Shown here piece after piece: positions 43,328 to 52,476 of a stretch of 57,327 nucleotides of DNA (positions within the stretch are counted from its first letter, which is position 1; the number at the start of each line of letters is the position of its first letter). Source of the stretch: Actinomycetota bacterium. Its GTDB lineage: Bacteria > Actinomycetota > Acidimicrobiia > Spongiisociales > UBA11373. The translations under genes and the position numbers were made by a program. The notes beneath the pieces are model-generated. The model did not search any database. It saw only the letters and a list, made by a program, of their open reading frames with translations, and was not told the origin of the DNA. The stretch covers positions 1-57,327 of the forward strand of contig VGBK01000005.1 of assembly GCA_016870535.1 (NCBI GenBank), given 5' to 3'.

Positions 43328-44317
43328 ATGAGCGAGGTGACCTTCTACCGGGAACGGGACGCCGACCCGTCGGCCCTGCGCGGGACCTGTGTGGCGGTGA
43401 TCGGCTACGGCAACCTGGGCCGGTCGATGGCGCTCAACCTGCGCGACTCCGGTCTCGAGGTGGTGGTGGGCAACATCGACGACGACTACCGGGGTGCCGC
43501 CGACGACGATGGCTTCGATACGCTGGACATCGCCGACGCGGTGGCGGCGGCGGGATTGGTCTACGTGCTCCTCCCCGACGAGGCGACTCCGGAGTGCTTC
43601 GCCGGGGAGATGCGCCCGCATCTCCGTCCCGGCGCGGCCGTGGCCTTCGCTTCGGGCTACGTGCTGGCCTTCGGGCTCATCGAGGTGCCCGACTTCGTCG
43701 ACGTCCTGATGCTGGCGCCCCGCATGCTGGGCGAGGAAGTACGCCGCTCCTACCTGGACGGCACCGGGTTCTTCGGGTATGTGTCGGTGGAGCAGGATGC
43801 TTCCGGCCAGGCCACCCGCCGGCTCCTGGCCCTGGCCCACGCCTCCGGATGCCTCCGCAGAGGAGCCATGCCCCTCGCCGCTCGCCAGGAGGCCCTGCTC
43901 GACCTGCTCATCGAGCAGACGGTGGGGCCCTACCTGGGCACGGCCATCCAGTTGGCCTTCATGATGGGTGTGGGGGCGGGCCTGCCGGCCGAGGCCATGG
44001 TCCTCGAGATGTACATGTCGGGCGAGATGGCACGCACCTTCCAGGCCTTCGCCGAGGCCGGGTTCATGGAGTCGGTGGGCTGGCACGGGGCGGTGGCCCA
44101 GTACGGGGGCTTCGTTCGCACGCTGGAGGTGGACCGCGAGGCGATGCATCGCATGTTCGGCGCGGTGCTCGAGGACATTCGCGGCGGCGGCTTCGCCCGC
44201 CGCTTCCAGCAGGAGCACGCCGCCGGGTATCCCACTCTGGCCGCCATCGAAGCGGTCAAAGCAGCGGGCACTCTCATGACCGAGGCCGAGAGCCGGGTAC
44301 GCGCCGCCCTGGACTGA
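43328..44317 (+). CDS. Ketol-acid reductoisomerase-like (IlvC-like) oxidoreductase, divergent
   Basis: IGYGNLG..ALNLRDSG, LLPDE, E..LDL..EQ, AQYG; AGGAGG RBS. Confidence 0.82.
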   Translation: MSEVTFYRERDADPSALRGTCVAVIGYGNLGRSMALNLRDSGLEVVVGNIDDDYRGAADDDGFDTLDIADAVAAAGLVYVLLPDEATPECFAGEMRPHLRPGAAVAFASGYVLAFGLIEVPDFVDVLMLAPRMLGEEVRRSYLDGTGFFGYVSVEQDASGQATRRLLALAHASGCLRRGAMPLAARQEALLDLLIEQTVGPYLGTAIQLAFMMGVGAGLPAEAMVLEMYMSGEMARTFQAFAEAGFMESVGWHGAVAQYGGFVRTLEVDREAMHRMFGAVLEDIRGGGFARRFQQEHAAGYPTLAAIEAVKAAGTLMTEAESRVRAALD

Positions 44318-44332
44318 GAGCGGGCCCCCGCC

Positions 44333-45796
44333 TCAACGGCCCGCCAGCAGGCGCAGCAGGCCCCTCCGCAGCCTCATGCCGCCCCGCCGCGGGAACCAGT
44401 AGGCCTCGCGTCGGCGCCGCCAGCGGGGCTCGGTCACCGCCACCAGGTCGCAGAAGCCCTGCACCCCCTCGGCTCCCCCCATGCGTCCCCAGCCGGAGTC
44501 CCCCACCCCGCCGAAGGGCAGCCCCGGAATGCCGTAGTTGACCAGAGCGTCGTTGATGGCCACCGTCCCCGCCCGGAGTCGGGCTGCCACCCGCCTCGCC
44601 GCATCGGGGTCGCCCGACCACACCGAGGCATGCAGGCCATAAGGGGAGTCGTTGGCTCGAGCTACCGCCTCCTCCTCGTTCGCCACCCGCATCACCGGCA
44701 GCACCGGGCCGAAGGTCTCTTCGCGCATCACCGCCATAGAGTGATCCACCCCGAGCAGCACCGTGGGCTCGTAGAAGGACTCCCCCACCCGCCGACCCCC
44801 GGAGAGAAGGATCGCCCCGGCGGCCACCGCCTCCGCCACCTGGGCTTCCACCACCTCCATCTGGCCCGGCCCGAAGACCGGGCCGATCCCGCGAGGCGGC
44901 TGCGCGGAGGCTTCCACCTCGGCCACGGCGCGGCGCAGCGCGGCCAAGAACTCCTCGTACGCCTCCGCCACCACATACACCCTCTCCACCGAGACGCAGG
45001 CCTGGCCGGCGTTGAAGCATCCCCCCCACACCGCCCCGCGTGCCGCCCGGACGGGGTCGGCGTCGCCCAGCACCACCATGGGATGCTTTCCCCCCAACTC
45101 CAGCAGCGTGGGCACCAGGCGGGCCGCCGCCGACGCCGCCACCTCCCGGCCCACCGCCGAGGACCCGGTGAAGGAGAGCACGTCGACCCCGGCACCCACC
45201 AGGGCCCGGCCGGTGGCCGGCCCGCCCTGGACCACCTGCACCAGGCCCTCCGGCAAGCGTGCGGCGTCGACCACCTCGGCCACCAGGGCCCCCGACCGGG
45301 GAGTGGCGCTCGCCGGCTTGAGCACCACGGAACACCCCGCCGCCAGAGCGGTGAGCGCCGGCTGGAAGGACAGGAAGAAGGGGAAGTTCCAGGGCGAGAT
45401 CACCCCGGCCACCCCGCGCGGCCGGTACTCCACCCAGGCTCGCTTGGTGAGCACCGGTTGCGGGCCGACCCGGCGCGGGGCGAGGTGCCGATGGGCGGTG
45501 CGTGCCAGATAGCGGGCTTGCACCGCGGCGGGAAGGACCTCTCCTTCCAGCGCATCGAGGGGCGCCTTCCCCGTCTCGTCGGCAACCACCTCCACGATGT
45601 GGTCCGCCGCCTTCACCAGCGCCCGCTTCACCGCCTGCAGGCCGGCGCGCCGCTCCCCGAGCGTCAGCGACGACCACACCACCTGCGCCGCCCGGGCGGC
45701 GGCCACCGCCGCCACCGCTCGCCCTGCAGCAGCCTCGGCCGCGACGTCCGGCGGCGGGAGGCTCAGACCTCCCGGATCCCTTCGATCGCCATCCAT
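44333..45796 (-). CDS. Aldehyde dehydrogenase family protein
   Basis: ISPWNFP, FTGS, LELGGK, NAGQAC, EETFGP, PFGG; start approximate. Confidence 0.92.
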   Translation of the reverse strand: MDGDRRDPGGLSLPPPDVAAEAAAGRAVAAVAAARAAQVVWSSLTLGERRAGLQAVKRALVKAADHIVEVVADETGKAPLDALEGEVLPAAVQARYLARTAHRHLAPRRVGPQPVLTKRAWVEYRPRGVAGVISPWNFPFFLSFQPALTALAAGCSVVLKPASATPRSGALVAEVVDAARLPEGLVQVVQGGPATGRALVGAGVDVLSFTGSSAVGREVAASAAARLVPTLLELGGKHPMVVLGDADPVRAARGAVWGGCFNAGQACVSVERVYVVAEAYEEFLAALRRAVAEVEASAQPPRGIGPVFGPGQMEVVEAQVAEAVAAGAILLSGGRRVGESFYEPTVLLGVDHSMAVMREETFGPVLPVMRVANEEEAVARANDSPYGLHASVWSGDPDAARRVAARLRAGTVAINDALVNYGIPGLPFGGVGDSGWGRMGGAEGVQGFCDLVAVTEPRWRRRREAYWFPRRGGMRLRRGLLRLLAGR

Positions 45797-46317
45797 ATCC
45801 CGGCCAAGAGTAGGAGCGCCCCCAGCACTCGCGAGGCCCACACCAGCACCCGGTCGGGCAGCGGACGCCGGGGCAGGAAGCCCAGGGCGATCAGCACCGC
45901 CAGGGCACCGCCCGCCGCCCCCAGGGTGGCGGCCACCCCTTCCCGAGCGCCGCTCGCCACCGCGACCACCAGCACCTCGGGGCCCAGTAGCAGGGGGAAC
46001 GCCACCGGCCACAGCGCCGCCCGCCAGCGCCGCGGCACCGGCTCGTCGGCCGGGCGGGGAACGGCCAGCACCACGCCGGCGGCGACCACGGCGGTGAAGC
46101 CGGCGGCGATGCGGAAAGTCTCGGGAGTGATCTGCAGAGAGCGCAGCAGCGGCCCCGAGGCCGCGGCGAGCCCGACCACCACGCCCAGGGCCAGCAAAAC
46201 GCCGGCCAGGAGCACGAAGGGACGCGCCCGGCGCGCCTCGCCTTCGGGTACCCCGAGCCGCGTCCGCGCCACGTTGAACGCGGCCAGGTAGGCCACCGTC
46301 AGGAGCGCCGCCGTCAT
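45763..46317 (-). CDS. MarC family membrane protein
   Basis: ITPETFRIAAG, PVAFPLLLGP, RVLGALL...GI. Confidence 0.8.
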   Translation of the reverse strand: MTAALLTVAYLAAFNVARTRLGVPEGEARRARPFVLLAGVLLALGVVVGLAAASGPLLRSLQITPETFRIAAGFTAVVAAGVVLAVPRPADEPVPRRWRAALWPVAFPLLLGPEVLVVAVASGAREGVAATLGAAGGALAVLIALGFLPRRPLPDRVLVWASRVLGALLLLAGIWMAIEGIREV

Positions 46318-47489
46318 CCCGTCACCTCCCTTGCCTGCAGCAGCGGGCGGGCGGCCAGCAGGCCCGACAACACGTGCTGCACGTCGTCCATCTGCACGAA
46401 TCCCCGATAGAACCAGGCTCCCTGCACCAGGCCCGGCCGCGGGTAGGCGGCCGCCTCCAGGGAGGTGGACTGACGCTCCACCATCATCCCGGCGAAGCAG
46501 GCCAGGCGATCCTCGATGTTGGGGAGCAGGTCGCCCATCCGGGACTCATCCTGGGCCAGGTGCCAGAGGGCGCCGATCCCCTCCCCGGCGGTACCCACCC
46601 CGGCGGGAGTGCCCGGCACCCAGCGCAGCAGCAGGTTGATGCCCGTCCCCCGGCGCTGCGCCTCGAAACGCAGCCGTATCCCGAAGTAGCCGGCCAACTG
46701 CCGAGCGTACCCGGCGCGCACCTCGTCCAGATGCCCGGAGCCCACCTCCGCCAGCGCGTAGGCGGCCCAGTGGTCGGGCATCCGGGTCAGGTAGCCCTCA
46801 TCCCGGTCGCGGTGGAGAGCCAGGTAGTCCAGGGTGACCAGTGCCGCCTCCGTCCAGCCTTCGCCGGGGAACTCCCCTTCGAGCAAGGCGAGGGCCCACG
46901 CGGCTTCGCCGGTAGCGAACTTTGCCGGTATCGGGATGGTCCGAGCGGCCACCGGGTCCCAGTAGCCGTGCATGCTGCCGTCGGCCTGCTGCTGCGCCAG
47001 CATGAAGCGGCCCAGACCCCGCAGAACGGCGTCATGCGCCCCGTCCCCCACCGCCTGCCGCCGGAACACCAGGGCGGCGGTGAGCAAGGCATTGGCCCCC
47101 AGTTCCACGTCGTGTCCCGGCGGCCGCCACGCCAGCCAATCGGCGTGAGCGATCAGTTCGTCCAGCATGGAGTCGAGGCCCCGGTTCGCCGCCGCCAGTA
47201 CCGCGGCATCCTCGAAGAAGGTGGCGTACTGGTACAGCGACATGGTGACCCCGGCGTGGCGAACGAAGTTGTACTCGGTGCTCACTTCGTCGCGCCCGCG
47301 GTGGTAGCCGTACAGGTACCGCCCGTCCTCCGACTGGTTGCGGGCGAGCCAGGCAGCGGCCTCGTGGACGGCGGCCTCGGCCTCAGCGGCGGTGACCTCG
47401 GGGCACACCTCGGCCGGCACCACGGCCAGGCGGAGCCCGGCCGCGACCACGGCCAGCAAGGAGAGGTGGAGCAGCAGGCGCCGGCCCAT
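46314..47489 (-). CDS. Hypothetical exported protein, probable alpha/alpha-toroid fold
   Basis: N-terminal hydrophobic segment; WLARNQSEDGRY, YNFVRHAG, QQQADGS, GEAAWAL, MDDVQHVLS. Confidence 0.72.
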   Translation of the reverse strand: MGRRLLLHLSLLAVVAAGLRLAVVPAEVCPEVTAAEAEAAVHEAAAWLARNQSEDGRYLYGYHRGRDEVSTEYNFVRHAGVTMSLYQYATFFEDAAVLAAANRGLDSMLDELIAHADWLAWRPPGHDVELGANALLTAALVFRRQAVGDGAHDAVLRGLGRFMLAQQQADGSMHGYWDPVAARTIPIPAKFATGEAAWALALLEGEFPGEGWTEAALVTLDYLALHRDRDEGYLTRMPDHWAAYALAEVGSGHLDEVRAGYARQLAGYFGIRLRFEAQRRGTGINLLLRWVPGTPAGVGTAGEGIGALWHLAQDESRMGDLLPNIEDRLACFAGMMVERQSTSLEAAAYPRPGLVQGAWFYRGFVQMDDVQHVLSGLLAARPLLQAREVTG

Positions 47490-47512
47490 GGCGGGAGGTT
47501 AGGCGGTGCGGC

Positions 47513-47971
47513 TCAGTCGAGGGGCAGGCGCAGCACCTCCTCGCCGTCGTCGACCTCCCCGGTGGCGGTGAACCCCAGCCTCTCGTAGAAGGGCCGCGGG
47601 CCGCCTTCGCCGGGGACGCAGGAAGTGAGCAGCTCCCGGACGCCCGGCAGGGAGCGGAGCCGGTCGATCACCAGCCTCAGGGCCCGCCACCCATAGCCTC
47701 GCCCCTGGTACTCGCCGGCGATCATCAGGCGCCACAGGTAGTACTCGGCCTTCTCGGGGTCCTCGTAGAGCATCACGAAGCCCACCGGGTCCGAGTCGGC
47801 GTAGATGGCCCGGAACCACGCCTTCGGCTCGAAGTAGGCCTCGGCGATGGACACCGCGTTGGGCGCCACGAAACCATCCTGGCCCGGTCCCACCTGCAGG
47901 CGGCAGACCGCCCGCACCGTGTCCCGGGTGACCTCCCGCAACGTGACCTCGGCCGATCCTTCACCTCTCAC
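47513..47971 (-). CDS. GNAT family N-acetyltransferase (diamine/spermidine acetyltransferase-like)
   Basis: FVAPNAVSIAEA, LWRLMI, YQGRGYG, FYERLGF. Confidence 0.9.
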   Translation of the reverse strand: MRGEGSAEVTLREVTRDTVRAVCRLQVGPGQDGFVAPNAVSIAEAYFEPKAWFRAIYADSDPVGFVMLYEDPEKAEYYLWRLMIAGEYQGRGYGWRALRLVIDRLRSLPGVRELLTSCVPGEGGPRPFYERLGFTATGEVDDGEEVLRLPLD

Positions 47972-48071
47972 GGCACCGGGAGCCTAATGCTGCGGGGATC
48001 CCGGCCCGGGTGACCCGCCCGGGTCCGCGAGAATGGGCGGCGGGGACCGAAGCCGTACCGAGGAGCAGGCA

Positions 48072-48707
48072 ATGGACGAGATGCTGATCACCCCAGAGGT
48101 CGCGGCGAGCTTCACCGACGGGCCGGTGCTGGCTACGGAGTGCAAGGTGGTAGTGGCCAACGCCGTGGCCCACATCCTGCGCGCCGTCGGGGAGGACCCG
48201 CAGCGGGAGGGACTGCGCGACACCCCCTCCCGGGTGGCCCGCATGTACGACGAGATCCTGGCCGGGTACGCCGTCGACCCGGTGGCGCTGCTGAACAACG
48301 CCCTGTTCGATGTGGACTACCCCGAGATGGTGATCGTGGGGGACATCGACTTCTGGAGCATGTGCGAGCACCACCTCCTCCCCATCTTCGGTAAAGCCCA
48401 CGTCGGCTACATCCCTCGCGACAAGGTGGTGGGCCTCTCCAAGATCCCCCGGGTGGTCGACACCTTCGCCCGGCGCCTGCAGGTCCAGGAGCGCATGACC
48501 CGCCAGATCGCCGAGCTGCTACAAGAGCTGGCCAACCCCCTCGGCGTCGGTGTGGTCATCCGGGCTACCCACCTCTGCATGTCGATGCGGGGCACCCAGA
48601 AGGCCAACGCCCACATGCGCACCACCTACCTCACCGGAGCCTTCCTTACCCACCCCGAAACCCGCGCCGAGTTCCTCGGCTCGATAGGGGCCACCACCCG
48701 GGACTGA
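48072..48707 (+). CDS. folE: GTP cyclohydrolase I
   Basis: [38 protein letters not shown]; GAGGAG RBS before ATG 48072. Confidence 0.96.
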   Translation: MDEMLITPEVAASFTDGPVLATECKVVVANAVAHILRAVGEDPQREGLRDTPSRVARMYDEILAGYAVDPVALLNNALFDVDYPEMVIVGDIDFWSMCEHHLLPIFGKAHVGYIPRDKVVGLSKIPRVVDTFARRLQVQERMTRQIAELLQELANPLGVGVVIRATHLCMSMRGTQKANAHMRTTYLTGAFLTHPETRAEFLGSIGATTRD

Positions 48708-48791
48708 ACCCCGCCCCGCAGCCCGGCAGCGGCGAGCGCGGCCGTGTAGCCTCGCCCATTCAGAGAACCCCCGAGCGGAAGGCAGCCAGAG

Positions 48792-50495
48792 ATGAGGTTC
48801 CGGGTCGCCGTAGAAGCCAGCACCGGGGAGGTCTACCTGCCGGTGGAGGAGCGAGGCCGCCAGCTCCTCGAGGAGCCCCTCCTCAACAAGGGCACGGCCT
48901 TCACCCCTGAAGAACGCGAGAGTCTGGGGCTCGAAGGACTGCTCCCCGCCCGCACCAGCACCATGGAGCAGCACCTGCAGCGGGTGCGGACGCAGTGGGA
49001 GAACAAGCCCACCCCGCTCGAGAAGCACATCTTCATGGCCGCCCTGCACGACCGCAACGAGACCCTCTTCCACCGCTTCATCCTCGAGAACCTCGAGGAA
49101 GCGGTGCCCATCGTTTACACCCCCACGGTGGCCGAAGCCTGCCGCTTCTGGAGCCGCATCTTCCGCCACGCCCGCGGCATCTACCTCACCCCCGCCGACC
49201 GCGGTCACATCGCCCGCGTGCTGCGCCGGCGCGGCATCCGCGAGGCGGCCATCGTGGTGGCCACCGACAACGAGCGCATCCTGGGCATCGGCGACCAGGG
49301 GTGCGGGGGCATGGGAATCCCCATCGGCAAACTGGCGCTCTACAGCGTGGCCGCCGGCATCCACCCCTCCCTCTGCGTCCCCATCTCCCTCGACGTGGGC
49401 ACCGGCAACCAGGCCCTCCTCGCCGACCCGCTCTACCTGGGGTGGCCTCACCCCCGCCTGCGCGGCGAGGAGTACGACGCCTTCATCGAGGAGTTCGTCG
49501 CTGCCGTCAAAGAGGTCTTTCCCGAAGCGGTGCTGCAGTGGGAGGACTTCGCCAACACCACCTCCTTCCGCAACCTCGAGCGGTTCCGCGAGGTGATCCC
49601 TTCCTTCAACGACGACATCGAAGGCACCGCGGCCACCGTCCTCGCCGGGATGCTGGCCACGGGCCGGTTGACCGGGGCGAGCCTGGCCAGCCACGTCTAT
49701 GTGATCCACGGAGCGGGATCCGCCGGCGACGGGATGTTCGACCTGCTGGTCGCCGCCATGGGCCGGGAAGGAGTACCCGCGGCGGAGGCGAAGCGGCGCA
49801 TCCTGGTCCTCGACAGCAAGGGACTCATCCACCAGGGCCGTCGCGACCTGGATCCCCGCAAGGCTCGGCTCGCCGCCGACCGCGACCTGCTGAAGGCCTG
49901 GCGGGCACGGGGCGACACCATCCCCCTGGAGCAGGTGCTGGAGCACAGCGGGGCCACGGTGCTCTTCGGCGTCTGCGGCCGGGCGGGGGCCTTCACCGAG
50001 CCCATGATCCGCACCATGGCGGCGAACACGCCGCACCCCATTGTGATGCCGCTCTCCAATCCCACCGCCAACGCCGAGGCGGTGCCCGAGGACATCCTCC
50101 GGTGGTCCGAGGGACGGGCGATCATCGCCACCGGGAGCCCTTTCCCGGATGTCGTCTTCGAGGGCCGGCGGCACCGCATCGGCCAGGCGAACAACATGCT
50201 GATCTTCCCCGGAGTGGGTCTCGGCATGCTGGTCTCCCGGGCATCCAAGGCCACCCAGGGGATGTTCCTCGCCGCCGCCGACGCCCTCGCCGGGTGCATC
50301 ACCGCCGAGATGGTGGCCGAGGGAACCCTCTATCCGCCCATCACCGCGGCCCGCGAAGTCTCCCGCCGCGTCGCCCACGCCGTGGCCACCCAAGCGTCGG
50401 CCGAAGGCCTGGCCGCCTCCCCATGCATCGACGTCGAGGGCACCATTGCGCAGATGATGTGGTACCCGGCCTACATCCCCTACCGGCCGGCCTGA
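48792..50495 (+). CDS. maeA: Malic enzyme (large MaeA/SfcA type), copy 1, NADP-type signature
   Basis: LNKGTAF, YTPTV, TDNERILGIGD, QWEDF, FNDDIEGT, GAGSAG, DSKG, LSNPT, GQANN. Confidence 0.95.
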   Translation: MRFRVAVEASTGEVYLPVEERGRQLLEEPLLNKGTAFTPEERESLGLEGLLPARTSTMEQHLQRVRTQWENKPTPLEKHIFMAALHDRNETLFHRFILENLEEAVPIVYTPTVAEACRFWSRIFRHARGIYLTPADRGHIARVLRRRGIREAAIVVATDNERILGIGDQGCGGMGIPIGKLALYSVAAGIHPSLCVPISLDVGTGNQALLADPLYLGWPHPRLRGEEYDAFIEEFVAAVKEVFPEAVLQWEDFANTTSFRNLERFREVIPSFNDDIEGTAATVLAGMLATGRLTGASLASHVYVIHGAGSAGDGMFDLLVAAMGREGVPAAEAKRRILVLDSKGLIHQGRRDLDPRKARLAADRDLLKAWRARGDTIPLEQVLEHSGATVLFGVCGRAGAFTEPMIRTMAANTPHPIVMPLSNPTANAEAVPEDILRWSEGRAIIATGSPFPDVVFEGRRHRIGQANNMLIFPGVGLGMLVSRASKATQGMFLAAADALAGCITAEMVAEGTLYPPITAAREVSRRVAHAVATQASAEGLAASPCIDVEGTIAQMMWYPAYIPYRPA

Positions 50496-50616
50496 GCCCC
50501 GGCCGGGGGAGGGTTCGGGGCCATTGCCCCGTAACCTTGGGCCTTGGATCCCTACCCGTTGCCGCCGCCGCGGCGTAGCGTGGCTGCCAGCCGGATCCGA
50601 AGAAAGGCGGCTCGCC

Positions 50617-52317
50617 ATGCGGTTCCGTCCGGCCATGGACGCCATCACCGGGGACCTCTACCTGCCCGTGGAGGAGCGGGGAAGCCGGCTGCTCGAGACA
50701 CCCCTGCTAAACAAGGGCACCGCCTTCACCCCCGAGGAGCGTGAGGCGCTCTCGCTGCGCGGACTGCTCCCCGCCTCCACCAGCACCATGGACGCCCAAC
50801 TGGCGCGGGTGCGCAGTCAGTGGGATGCCAAGCCCAGCGCCGTCGAGAAGCACATCTACCTGGCCAGCCTCCACGACCGCAACGAGACCCTGTTCCACCG
50901 CTTCATCCTCGAGAACCTCCAGGAGGCGGTGCCCATCGTCTACACCCCCACGGTGGCCGAAGCCTGCCGCCACTGGAGCCACCTCTTCCGGCAGGCCCGC
51001 GGCATCTACGTGACCCCCGGGGACCGTGGCTCGGTCTCCCGGGCGCTGCGCTGCCGGGGGGTGCGCGAGGCCGCCGTGGTCGTGGTCACCGACAACGAGC
51101 GCATCCTGGGAATCGGCGACCAGGGGTGCGGGGGCATGGGGATCCCCATCGGCAAACTGGCGCTCTACAGCGTGGCCGCCGGCATCCACCCCTCCCTCTG
51201 CGTCCCCATCTCCCTCGACGTGGGCACGAACAACGAAGAGCTGCTGCGGGATCCCCTCTACCTGGGCTGGCGCGCCCCGCGCTTGCGCGGCGAGGCCTAC
51301 TGGTCGCTGGTGGAGGAGTTCGTCATGGCGGTCAAGGAGGTCTTCCCCAATGCCCTGCTGCAATGGGAGGACTTCGCCAACGTCACCTCGTTCCGCGCCC
51401 TGGAGACCTACCGGGAAGTGGTTCCCTCGTTCAACGACGACATCGAGGGCACCGCCGCCATGGTGGTGGGCGGCCTGCTCGCCGCCCTGCGGCGCCTGGG
51501 GGGTCGCCTGGGGGACCAGGTCTACGCCATCCACGGCGGGGGTTCGGCCGGTACGGGCATCTACCGCCAACTCCTGGCCGAGATGGTCGGCGAGGGCTGC
51601 TCGCCGGAGGAGGCGGCCGCCAGGTTGTTCGTCATCGATCAGCAGGGCCTCCTGGTCGAGGGCGACAAGGGCCTCGATGACCGCACGCGGGCCATGGCCG
51701 CCAAGCGAGAGGTGGTGCGGACCTGGCAGGGGCGCGGGGACCGTGTCGGCCTGGAGCAGGTGGTGGCGCATGCCCATCCCACGGTGCTCATCGGAGTCTG
51801 CGCCCGGCCGAACCAATTCACCGAAGCGGCCATCCGAGAGATGGCCTCATACTGCCCGAGCCCCATCGTCATGCCGATGTCCAACCCCACCGCCAACGCC
51901 GAGGCGGTGCCAGAGGACATCCTCCGGTGGTCGCAAGGGCGGGCCATCGTCGCCACCGGCAGTCCCTTCGAAGATGTGGTGCTCGACGGTCGCCGGCACC
52001 GCATCGGGCAGGCCAACAACGTGTTCATCTTCCCCGGCATGGGCCTTGGCGTCCTGGTCTCGAAGGCCACCAGGGTGACTCCGGGCATGTTCGGTGCGGC
52101 CGCCCGGGCCCTGGCCCGCTGCGTCGACGAGGACATGCTCGCCCAGGGAGCGCTGTATCCGCCGATCACCGAGGTTCGCGATGTCTCCCGCCGGGTGGCC
52201 CACGCCGTCGCCGAACGGGCGGTGGCCGACGGGGTGGCCCACCCCGTGGTGGACGTAGAGGCGGTCATCTCCCAGGTCATGTGGTACCCGGCCTACCTCC
52301 CTTACCGCCCCGCCTGA
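50617..52317 (+). CDS. maeA: Malic enzyme, copy 2, NAD-type signature
   Basis: Same catalytic motifs; GGGSAG and DQQG; start ATG 50617 by alignment to copy 1. Confidence 0.95.
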   Translation: MRFRPAMDAITGDLYLPVEERGSRLLETPLLNKGTAFTPEEREALSLRGLLPASTSTMDAQLARVRSQWDAKPSAVEKHIYLASLHDRNETLFHRFILENLQEAVPIVYTPTVAEACRHWSHLFRQARGIYVTPGDRGSVSRALRCRGVREAAVVVVTDNERILGIGDQGCGGMGIPIGKLALYSVAAGIHPSLCVPISLDVGTNNEELLRDPLYLGWRAPRLRGEAYWSLVEEFVMAVKEVFPNALLQWEDFANVTSFRALETYREVVPSFNDDIEGTAAMVVGGLLAALRRLGGRLGDQVYAIHGGGSAGTGIYRQLLAEMVGEGCSPEEAAARLFVIDQQGLLVEGDKGLDDRTRAMAAKREVVRTWQGRGDRVGLEQVVAHAHPTVLIGVCARPNQFTEAAIREMASYCPSPIVMPMSNPTANAEAVPEDILRWSQGRAIVATGSPFEDVVLDGRRHRIGQANNVFIFPGMGLGVLVSKATRVTPGMFGAAARALARCVDEDMLAQGALYPPITEVRDVSRRVAHAVAERAVADGVAHPVVDVEAVISQVMWYPAYLPYRPA

Positions 52318-52406
52318 GGTGTTCGCCGTGGCGTGCCGGGCTGCGCCGGAGTAACCTCGCGGCAGCGGAGTAAGGGGCCCCCGCAAGGGGTGACCTTGCA
52401 GCAGCG

Positions 52407-52444
52407 AGCCCCCGGCGGCGTGACCCGTCACCGGGGGCTTCTGC
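52407..52444 (+). terminator. Terminator-like hairpin
   Basis: agcccccgg/ccgggggct stem followed by TCTGC. Confidence 0.45.
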
Positions 52445-52476
52445 ATCACCGGAGGAGCCGAGCGCAAGGAAGGGTC

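Noticed and set aside
52313-52410. Fluoride, yybP-ykoY, c-di-GMP-I or Moco riboswitch
   Set aside because: Only fragments match (GGTGTTCGCC; GGAGTA..GCGAG); the required downstream elements are missing or out of order
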